Origin: an uncultured virus (IMG/VR IMGVR_UViG_3300042867_000160)
Lineage: Duplodnaviria > Heunggongvirae > Uroviricota > Caudoviricetes
Reading direction: 5' to 3' (one strand)
Length of the DNA: 64,000 nt
Virus record (IMG/VR): IMGVR_UViG_3300042867_000160
The position numbers were made by a program, and so were the translations under genes. Below the pieces are notes generated by a model. The model made no database searches. It was not told the origin of the DNA and was given only the letters and a program-made list of their open reading frames with translations. Below are positions 10,710 to 22,700 of this stretch, in pieces; positions within the stretch are counted from its first letter, which is position 1; each line of letters begins with the position of its first letter.

Positions 10710-13700
10710 TTAACAAGTTTTTTTATAAATAACTGCTTTATCTAAAATTCTTTGCATCATTTCAGGATCTGCAATATACTCTTTTCCTACGTTATTTTTT
10801 CCTGACAATAGGATTTTATTATCGGATAGAATAAAGAAGCTGAATCCACCAGATATAGAAGTTCTCAATGTTTCATTTCTTTTCTCCTTAGCTATACTAG
10901 CTTGATTTTGTAGAACAGTATCAGTTACAGGTTTACCATCAGCAAAGAACATCTCACCAGTTGGCTTGATTGTAATATCTTTCTTATTAACCTTAACTGT
11001 TATTTCTCTTCCCCCTAACTGTTCTTCTAAACTATCAATTTCATTAATGATATTGTTGTAAGGAGTCTTCCAGTTATCAGGATAGTTAGTTAAGAACTCT
11101 CGCAATGCTTCTACAGCATATTCATTATCCATTGGCATACCAGATGCTTCAAACGCGGATGTTGCTAAGTTATCATAAGGCATACCATCTTTACTTATGT
11201 ATGCTCCATTAGTACTAGCAGATCTCAAGTTCCTATCTACTAACTCATCAAATGAACTAGCTTTAAGTCTAGCTCCTCCTCTGAAGTAGTTATAGAAGAC
11301 ACCATCTGTACTAACTTCAAATGCTTCAAGTTTATTCTTAGCCATTTCTAGCTTTTCAAGAACCTTAATGTTTGCAGGCTTTGTTTCAACAACAGGAGCA
11401 GGTTGAGTTGACTCTGGTAATTTGAATTCTATTTGCCATGCTCCATCTAATTTAGGTTTAACTTTATTATTAAAATAATTTACTGACCAACCTTCAAGCT
11501 TAGACCATTGTTCTGCAGTTTTACCTGAACCTACTAATGGTTGAAGAGCTTTAGTAACTATAACATCTACAGTTCTATTATCACCAGACTTCCAAGTAAT
11601 AGTATCTCCCACCTTAACATTTTTCCAATAATCTAATTTACCATCACTTGCATATCTAGTAGTTGCGGTTCTTTCACCATTAAGTATTGCATCAAATGTT
11701 GTATTTGCACTTACGTCAGATCTTTTATTATTACCATAAACATAAGTCATTTGACCTTCTATATTACCTTCTGATTGAGCTGCAGGAGCAACAGGAGCTT
11801 GTGTAAATCCAGCAAGCTTACCTTGTTTTGCTAACCATTTAACAATAGCAGTATTAGAGTATTCTGTATTTAGTTTAACTGTGCCATTCTCTAACTCAGA
11901 CTTCTGTAATGTATTGTAATACTCTGTTAAGAATCTTCCATCACCATACAAGTTTACAAGTTTGTAAGCATGTAAGGTTTGACTATTTTCAGACATTCTA
12001 ACCATTACAGGACTTCCATCAGAATATTTAATCTTCTGATATCCATAAACCTTGCTGTATGCGCTCTCATCCTTCTGCATCTCTATAGCAAAGTCAGATC
12101 CTTGGACGGTGTAGCCTGTTTCGTAATCAATCATGTCTCCTGACTTATCATTAATTGCTCTAGGAACAACAACAAAATCGTAAGCAGCGCCTTTAGACTT
12201 AGGATGTAATCCAATTATATCTCTAACTGATTCCTCACCTCTTTTACCAAATGAGATGGATGTTGTAAATGAATACAAATCAATCATATCACCACTAAAT
12301 GGAGCAGGAAAACTACCTGCTAAAATTTGATCTGTAGGAGGATTGATTCTAGGAGAAATATCAGGATCGTTAAAGTTTGTTCTTTGGAATCTAGCATTCT
12401 CATAGAAGTCTTTCAATCTATCTTCAACACCTGGAGCATTGATTGATTGTACAAGTTCTGCAGACAAGTCTTCTTCAGGAATTAACTCCTTGAATGACAC
12501 CTTAGTCTTATATGTTCCTTGTACAATAGCAAGCTTTACAAGATCTTTGTATAGATCATTTGTTGTATCGTTGTCTCTTAGTTCTCTTAATCCTTCTGTA
12601 TATCTATTCTTATCAGCAGCAGTTTCTGCAGGAACCTTCAATGAGATGGTAGCTGGAGCAACTATAGTCTTGCCTGGAATAATTTCTAAGTCTTGTAAGA
12701 TCTGCAATTCAGGATGAGCCTCTACTGCTTTCTGAAACTTATTGATTACAGAGTCTTCTCCATCAACAAGTTCTCCAACATTATATGCTTTGTTTGTTTG
12801 AATAATATAATCTAATAAAGAAGCAGATAGCTTGTTAGCAATCTTAGAGAACTTTGTTGGAGATACAAAATCATTAACAGCATAAGAATCAATCACCTTA
12901 TTGATAACTGATCTATAAGCAGGAGTGTTAAATCGTAATATAGCACCCACTCCTAGGTTAGCTCTTGTAAGAGCATTCACTAATGTACGTAGATGCGTCT
13001 TATTTAATAAATCTTTAGCAGAAGATATTCTAAAGCTATCATCACTAAATTTGTATTGATTACTAGTCTTCATTAACTTTCTTCTAAAGTCGTCAGCATT
13101 AGAAAACTTAGTAGTGTCATAGTTAGTGGAATCTTGGAAGATGTATAATCCATTAGCAGCTTTAGCAATACTAAAGAACTCTTGTAAGATTAATAACTGT
13201 TCAGCCTTTTGATCATCTGTTAAGGTAACACCAATATTCTTATCAAGATTAGGAATGTTAATATCAGTAGTTCTTTCAACAGCCGATTCACTTGCACTAT
13301 ACTTATCTAAGATACTTTGCACAAGAGTAGAACGTTCTTTAGTAACAGGATCCTCATAAGTCATCTCACGTAAGATGTACTTGTTATCTAAATCAGCGGT
13401 TGTTACAAAGTCTTTAACGATTGGTTGTTGTAACCACATTGCAGCATTCCTTGGATTAACACCAGCTCCTATTAAGAACATGAATGAGCCTACAATCTGA
13501 TCACTGTAAATGATTTTGAAGATGAATGGATCTGTACCAGCATCTGCAAATCCACTAGTAGACTCTGATAAGATATCAGATATGTAGTCTTCGGTGTCTT
13601 TAAAGAAACGTTGAGAAAGATCCACCTTACCATCAGCAGTTTGATTGTGTGGTAGAGACATCTTAAAGATATGGTCTACAAATGATCCAGCTTTCTGTCT

Positions 13701-16700
13701 AAGAGAAAGTCCTGTAGTAGCAGTGGCACTAATTCCAATCCATTGCTTACTTGTAACAAAAGCTTGACGAACAAAGGACATATAATTTCTATCCAATATT
13801 CTATTCTTGATCTTGCTTTCATCATATCCTGTTAACACATCTATCTCATCAGCAATTCCCATTAAGGTATCTGTACTGTTAGGAGTTGTTAATCTCTTGA
13901 AGTTCTCAGGAAGTGCTAGTAATGTATCAATAGAAGAGTAGTATTCATTCTCAATAGCTTCTCTATACTTACGATCAACATACTTTTGTCTGTTGGCAAT
14001 CTTATCATTAAGCTTTTCTTGTTTACCAATTAACTTTTCTTGTAGTTCAACATCTTCACTATCAGCTTGTTCCATTTGTTTAATAATGGCACGTTGCTCT
14101 TTCTCAGTGAGTTGATCAAACACCTGACCGTAAAATTCTTTTGTTGCTTCTTCAGAATCTTTGTATTCAACAGTCTTGATATTACCTAATGCATCTTTAT
14201 ACAAAGACTTCAAGTACATATTCAACTTGTCAATATCAAAGTCAGATCCTGCTTTAGTTGTAATTGCAGAAGGAACAATAACCGTAGTGCCCATCCAGTC
14301 AGGAAGTAATCCTGCTATTTTAAAACGCTCATTTGAATTCAATGCCTGGTTAGGAATACGGAATCCAATACCCATTAATGCTTCTGGAGATTGTTTGTTT
14401 AAATACTTAACAATCTCTTCATCATTAGGGAACTTCTTCTTGTCACTAAACAACGCTCTAGCCTGTGGAGGTAATGTTGTATAGATTTCACACCAAGGTT
14501 CTTTCTCTGTATAAAACTTAAGAGTGTCATCTGTTAGAACAACTTTCTTTTTCTCCTCATCAGATAATGAATCAAATCGTGCTCTATCAATTTCTTCATA
14601 ACCATCATCAGTTTTAAGAGCAATCCTTCTTCCTTTTTCAGAATTTTCCCACAATGTTACAGGAGCTTGTACAGCAGACATACCATTCATCTTAGGAGAA
14701 ACAATTCTCTTATGGATGATTGAATATATCAATCGTACAATCTGCATGTAGTTAGGAGATGATTCAAGAGGTGTTCTAAAATCATTAGTCTCAGGATTGA
14801 TATCAAGACTAGCAATTAAGTTATTAGATGCATCCTCATTAATTAATTCTTCTTTTAATAACTCTGCAAGCTTAGTCTTATTGTTTATTACAGCCTTACC
14901 ATCTTCAAATGTAATGTCAAAACTCTTTAGTAATGAATCAGCAGCTTCATTGTATAATCTCTTAAGAGCATTATCGTGTCTCTCTACAGCATTCTTAATA
15001 AACTCTTTTCTTTCTGGGGTGGCACCAATAGGTTCTCCACCAGAGAACAAATCGATAGTCATGATCTTTGTAGGTTGAGATCCTAATGTCTGTCCCTTCT
15101 TATCTTTATATCCTGTTTCAACTTGAATACCATAAGCATTGAATGGAATTTGAATTAAGTTATTGAATGGTTCATTATTAACCATTCCATCTTTATACAA
15201 TGTGTACATCTCCTCTGTTCCAACCTTGGAGCCAGATTCCATTACAACATAGTCACGGTTCTCAGTAAACATCTTGATAAATAAATCCTCAAGAGCTGTG
15301 CCTTCTATAACGTCATCATAATAAAGAGGCATCTGTGACATCTTGTGTCCAGCTAAATCAATTGTAACCTTACCATACTTATCACCAGAAACAATAGGCT
15401 TTAGTATAGATGTTATAAATGTAGGGCGCTCTGTAGATGTTAGTTCCTCATCATATTTCTTTAATGCAGGTTTGTCAGTATACCCTTTATAGATTCCTTT
15501 AGCAGCTAACCTTTTTCTAGTGTAAGCCATTTGCCAGTTATGGAATGCATCAGCCTCATCAGACCATTGACCGTTCTTACGATTAACTTCTTTATATAAT
15601 CCTGGAGACATTATTGAGAACGCATCAGCTTCTTTTGTATCTATCCCTGGATATAAACTACTAATCACTTCAACTTCTTTTATTACAGATACATTCATGA
15701 ATGATTTACTTTCATGATATCCATAATCTTTATCATCTAAATAAATATCTTCTGTTCCAGTATCAATAATGTTAGATTCATTCATCCAGTTATTAAGTAC
15801 TGGCGAATCAATAGAGAACTTTCTTGGAGACACAAACATCTTAACACGTTTGGTTTCTTCCAAGATTGTTTTACCATTATTCTTCTTAACAGCAAATTGA
15901 TACGGATCACCAAAGATGAGTTTGTGGAACTCAATGTTATTTAACTCAAAGTTTGTTGTAAGGAACTCAGCAACTATTCTAAGTTCTTCTTCAGTCATGT
16001 TTGTAGTATCAACACCAGAAACATTCTTAACTTCTTCTTGGAAGTTAGTATCTAGTTTATTGAATGTGTAATACGGAACATCGTTTTTATCAGTTGAACT
16101 TAAAGTTACCACTTTAAGATCTTTAAGAGTATTAACTGTCTCATCAGTTTTATTGTTGAAGTAGTCAACAATAGCATCATATATCTTAGTAGCATTGTCA
16201 GCTTTAAGTTTATCTAATGCGCTACGAAACTTCTTATCTGATAACTTTTTATCAATCTTTTGTTTAAGTAATCCATCAATGTCATCTAATAGATCTTGTG
16301 GAAGAATATCTTTAAAGAAGCGTAACTCTCTGCCCTTACCTTTAACGTTCTTTAACTTCTCTCTATTCTTTGCATCTAGAGCTAGATTAATGTCAGCATC
16401 CAAGTGACCTTTCATTATCTCAATAGTCTCATCCATTCCCCTACCAGTAGCAAACTGTCTGTAAGAAATACGATTACCTAGATTCATCATCCATTGTATA
16501 GATGCATCTGCAGGTACTAAGATGTAATAACTACCACTAACGTTTTGATTGATCTCTGTAACATATCTGTCTGCTTGGTTCATTGAATATACTCCTTCAC
16601 CTTCACTTTCATCTGTATCAATCTCACCAGAGATAACTTGAACTTTCAATTGATTAATGTTACCAAACTCATCTAAAGTTCTATCACCATCCTCATTAAA

Positions 16701-19700
16701 AAAGAACCCACCTCGTTTTAGAATATCAGAACTAGCTGAGAATATATCTAACAAGTTAGGCATCTTCTCTTCGATCTCAGACAAGTTCATAATTGAATTG
16801 AACTGATACTCAAATAAAGAAGGAGCGTTGCTCTCAGTCAAAGTATTGATGCGCTTGCCCTCAGCATTATAGATACTGTTACTTTGATTAGGCATCTCTA
16901 CAGCAGTGAACATCTCAGCTAATCTACTGATACCATTACCTAATGTTTTAAACTTACCTTTTTTTAATGTAACAATACCTTTGGTTTTACCAGATGTAAC
17001 GTCTGCTTTAATCTTAGCTACAGCTCTACCAAACTTTACTTTTTGATCTTTATTTAACTTGTTGTAAATAGATGGAGTAAATGTGATGCCAAGCTTGTTA
17101 AGGAAATTAATCATATTGTCAGGCTCATTACCTGAGATATCATACTCTCCATCCTCAACTACATATTGTTTCTTAGTTCTATCATACTTAATGATAGAAG
17201 AATCAATCTTAGATGATAGGATGATATTATTTATCCAACGTTTCTCAACTTGATTAGCACCAGTAGTTAAATCGGCAGCACCACGGAATGTAGAATCTTC
17301 TTTTAGGTATTGAATAAACATCTCTGGCTTAGACTTAGTGTATGTCTGCATTGCAGAAATAAATAGTCTAAAATCAGAATCTTGGAATAAATCAAAGTCA
17401 ACTTTACCTGTACGCATGTCACCACCAAAACGTACAAACAATTGTACGTAGTCAGGGTTAGCTAGAGCAATTTGATATAACTTATTTACAAAGTCATCTG
17501 GATCTTTAACGTTAACTAACTTGTTAACTAATACACCATACACTTCGCTTTCTGGAATCAACTCAATTGTATTCTCAACTCTACCGTGTTTACCATTTAA
17601 TTTAGCTTGCGGAAGAACTGTAGGATCTTCAGATTGTTTACCGTCTGTTCTTACTAATGAGCTATTTAAAATCTTTACAGCATATGGTGTAGATTTCTTT
17701 AAGTCAATACTGAATGCTTCTGGAGCATATAGTCTATCTGATGCTGATTCATCGTTGATTGATACAACCTCATCTTCATTAAATGAAACATATAAACCAG
17801 CTAGATTACGTTTAGTAGCATCAATGATTTCCATGTACTGATCATCAGTAAGCTCAGAGCCATATATTTTATAACTATCTACTATACCTTTAAAGATGGG
17901 ATTTGCAACCGTTGTATCAATGTTGTACAACGACATGTTATTATTGAACAAAGTCAAATAGAACTTAGCAGTGAAGTCTTGCACTGCATAGTATTTCTCT
18001 TGTGAAGATAGTTCGTCAAATACAGGAAAAGGATTTCTTTTCTTACGTGGTTGTTTAGCCTGAGGTTGGTTTAGATAAGTTTGTGCAGAACCAGATAAGT
18101 CTAATACATTAGAATCACTAGTAACATCTTCTAATTGATTAGACATAAATGTCAATAAATCATTAAACTTAGAATTAGAAATTCCAATAAACTTAGAAAT
18201 CAAATCTACCAATTGTGTGAATAAGTTCTTCTTAGTATACTCAGGTGCAGTACCTGGCATAAGCTTAAGGAACTTTATCATATCAGGATCTGTAAGACCA
18301 AGCGTAGCCATCTCTTCGACTGATCCACCGATGTAATCTAACATCTGACGAAGGTATGTAATTTTTTGCTTAGAGAAATTATCATTAATAACCTTAGCTG
18401 CATTCTTATCAATACCTGATACAGCATTGTGATAGTAAGTAAGAACATCTTGATATACATTATCTAAGCCTTTGTATAGTTCTGTTTCTTTACCAGCACC
18501 TTTTTCAGCAAGTCTAATTTTAATTATACCATGTACAAACTCGTGTGCAATGATATATTTTTGATCTGCTTTAGACTTTCTATCAAACGTTGATCGATTG
18601 ATAGTTAATATAATCTTGCCATCAACTGTATCAATAGAAGCAACCTTTGGAAGGTTACCTCCCATATGAGCTGCGTCAAATGATACACCAATGTTAGCTC
18701 CTTTTAATATTGGAGAAATGAATTTGAATATATCAGATACACCATAGTTATCTAACACTTCATCAAGGTCAACTAACTCACCTACCTTAGAGGCTTGTGG
18801 TGCTGCTTGTTGATCACCTTGTAATGCTGCTAGTTCTGCATCATACTTAGTATCAATTTTTTGTTCAGCCTCTTCAATTGTAGAGTTATCAATTTCAGCT
18901 AGTTGAGGAGCAGAAGCCATTTCTTGTTGTCTTCTTCTTTCTATATCAGCTATAGGATCTGTTGCTACAGGAGCAGGAGCTTGTGCAGTTATTTGTGCAG
19001 CTACAGCTTTTTTAATTTCATCTTCAACAATTGCACGTACTTGAGAGGCAGCATCTGCAACTTCTAAATCTTTTAATGCTGGATTTGTAGTTACAAAATT
19101 AAGTAACTTCTCAAGAGTTTCTGGATCCTTAACATCTAGAGTGACATTGGTTCCGTCTGTATAAAACTTAAATGGAATACCTGCCCATACAAAAGGATTA
19201 GGTTTTGTATTAGTGAGATTAAAACCAGTTGATTGAGGAATTGGAGTTGCAGCAGCTTGAGGGGCTGGAGCTTGTGGTACAGCAAACTTAAAGTTTGTAG
19301 GGAATGCATACTTCTGCTCATAAGCATAAGGTACATCTTTTGTAGGAACTAGGATGTTAACTGTAAGAGGAGGAGTTGTTTTTCTTGCAGTCTTATTATC
19401 TGGCATTACATCAGATAACAAATATGTTTGATAGTTTTTCCACTTACGTTCTTGCAATTGTTTACCATCCCAGTATTGCTCATAGAATGGTTCATTGAAG
19501 AACTTAGTTAGCAGCTCATTACTTGTATTTGAATATATATTCTTTAATGCATCAACAATTTCTGCCTTACTAGCTTCTATGTTTGAGAAGTCATACTCCT
19601 TACCTGCAATAACAATATTGCCTGTATTGTAATTAATGAAGAAAGAGTTATGTGTAACTTTCTTAGAAGTCCAGAACAACACGCCCTTTAAATAAGTGGT

Positions 19701-22700
19701 GAGCTTATTGCTTTCCTTAATCTTTTGATCCTTACTTAATGAAGGATTAACTAATACATCATTAAGGTTCTTTAATACTTCAGCAATAGTAATTGCTTGG
19801 TTCTCATTAAACTTGTCATTCTGTAAGTATTGTAACTTATCACCATATGTTAATACAGGTCTACCTTTGGCAAACTTATAGTTAATACCATCTTTATGTG
19901 TGATAGTTCCTAACGTAGAGATTTGAATAAGACCTTGCGTACCTGAGATTACAGATTGCTTTATCTTATCAAACACTTTAGAAATTGCATTACGTTGAAC
20001 TTCACCTGGTACTGATACAGCAAAGCCTTTGGATAAACCAAACTCATAAGACTCTATAGCTTGTCCTGGTAGATATTGATTAGCAAATAATGATTTACGT
20101 TTATCTTTCCATTCTTTTCTATAATGTTCTATAAGAGCAGGATCATCACTAGCTCTACCTTTACCTTTTGTTGTAGGAGTTGCAGAGAATATAGTTTGCG
20201 TAATATTAAAGTTGTTATTAGCATTACCTAATACAGCATCTGATCCATTCTGATTCTTAATACGTTTACCCTCTTTGTCAATTAAGAATAATGTACCGTT
20301 ATCAGATTCAACAAATACAGCCATCACTAAACCATCTTCAGGTTCTGTAATGCTATCTATCCAATCTTTAGTTGCTACAAAACCTGGATCTTTTCTCCAA
20401 GATAATTCTGCAAGACCAGATAAACCCAGTGTCGCTTGTTGATTGTAAGTTACATATACGTAACGAACGTTTTTACGATTAGCAAAGTCATCTACATTAT
20501 TTGTAAATTCATTGTAGTGAGTGATATTGATGGGAAGACCCTCCATACCATATCTTCTAATACCTGAAGTTGTAGTGCGAAGGAATAATACATCTGCAGC
20601 AGGAAGAGCTCCTTCTTTTTCATCAATATATTCATCTGATTCAAATCCTGTATTAATGTCAAACTTATCTTCTAACTCATCTTGTATCTCTTTAATCTCA
20701 CTAGCAATATCAACAATAGCATCTTTACCTGTACGTACTTTATCATATCCTACAAATACTGCAGGATCGTATGTAGCAGTAGATCCATCAGGTAGTTCTA
20801 TCTCAACTGTGCCATCATCATTGATCTTTGTCACTTTGAATTTCTGCAAAGGATTAGATGGGTTATCATTTGTATACTCCCGACCTACTTCAAAATCTTC
20901 AAGCTTACCGTTCTTATTTGTATATTTAGCAGTAGGTGCTACAACAACAGGAACTTCTACCACTGGTTCTTCAGCGGCTGGTTCTGTAGAAGTAACAGGT
21001 TGTGCAGCAGCAGGTGGAGGAACGACCTCTCCTTCAGAATCAGTTACTTCTTGTGCAGAAGTTCCTTGATCTCCAGTCTTCCATTTATCAGGATTCTTTT
21101 TGATTTCTTCATACTCATTCATATAAAGCTTTCTACGAAGAGCCATTTCTACAACATCGTCTAATGCAAGCTTTAATGTAGTTTTTTCCTCAGGGGCAAT
21201 ATTACGTTTATCAATAAAGGCGTATGCTTGTTTCTTAGCTTCTGCTGTAGGAATCAAACCATCCATTATCTTCTCAAACATGTCGCCTGTATAAACACCA
21301 GCAAGATCTAACTTTGCATTTACTTCTGGAATACGTCTATCATAGTTACTAATCTTAGAAGCAGCGTATGCAAGTTTATCAATTATTTCAGGACTGTAAA
21401 CAAGTTCTCCTTTCTTATTCACCATTCCAGAATACCTAAGATCTAATGATTTATAAATCTCATTAGTATCGTTAGCAACTTTCTCAAATGTAAGCAATCT
21501 TTTTTGGAAGGACTCAACTGTATCATTAACGTTAGCTACGCCTTCTTCTTTTAAATTAGATAAGCCTTCTAGTGTAGAAGAGATTCTGTAAAGATCTTGC
21601 ATGTCTAGCTTCACCATATCAAACCTACCGTACTTAATACGAGTGGCTAGATAGTTGTGCATCTGATCTGCTTTGCGATCCTTAGCTTCAAGAATGTCTC
21701 CTGCCACTACAGCATCTTGTTCTTCTTCTTGTAACTTAACACCACGGTTAACACTACCCATTCTATCAACAAACGCTGCTTTGAATGTAGGAGCATTATT
21801 TAATTCTTGTAAATGAATAGCTGTGTTGTTTGCTATTTGTTTAGATTCATTAAAATTAGCAATAGCTTGCATACCACCACCTGTGATGCCACCAAGTAAT
21901 GTACCTTCTAATCCTTCTTTAGAAAGTAAAGATCCAACACCTTTACCATATTTATCTTTACCAACAAGCCCATACCATGCACCATCTAAAAGAACTTGTG
22001 CATCCTTTCCTTGATATGCTTTGTTAAAATAGTTTTGTGTACCTATCTCTAAAGCATATTGTAAGTTTTCTTGTAATGCTTCTTTAGGATCAAAAACAAA
22101 CTTACCAACTTTGAGTGCACCTTCTGTTATCTTACCAAACTTTGTAATAGCTTCTCTAGCAATATACTTACCGTTCTTATCAATAACAGTTTCAGCAACC
22201 TTACCCATCAAACTATTAGCAGCTTGTTTCTCAGCAGAGTAACTAGATCCCAATAACTTATTAAGTTGTGCATATTCAGTCACACCTAATAGTGCAAGGT
22301 TACCTATAAATGATGTAGCTCCAACACTTCTTTGACTTTCTTCAATGCGAGCTAAATCAGCACCAGTTGGTTCTATACCAAAATGGTCATCTTTATATTG
22401 TTGTATTAATGTGTCTCTATATTGCTTTGCGGTTTGCATTGCTTCAAACGAAGCTTCTCCTGCTGATGAATAAGCAGCTATAGCTGTTCTTCTAACTTTA
22501 TCTCCAATGTTAGCAATCTTATTTGTTGTACTACCAATGTTAGCAAGCTCCGCACTTAACAGCTCAATATCTCCAATGTTAGCAATACCACCTTCTAATA
22601 ATGCAGCTGCTTCAGCATTTTTACCTGCTGAGAAAGCACGAGATATATTTCTTAATAATGGGCTGTAAGTTTTAAATGATTGAGCAGCTGCAGAACCAGC

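Noticed and set aside
6288..22014. Plus-strand ORFs of 60-180 aa inside the giant genes
   Set aside because: Antisense, Ser/Leu/Ile/Phe-rich shadows with no leader signals.
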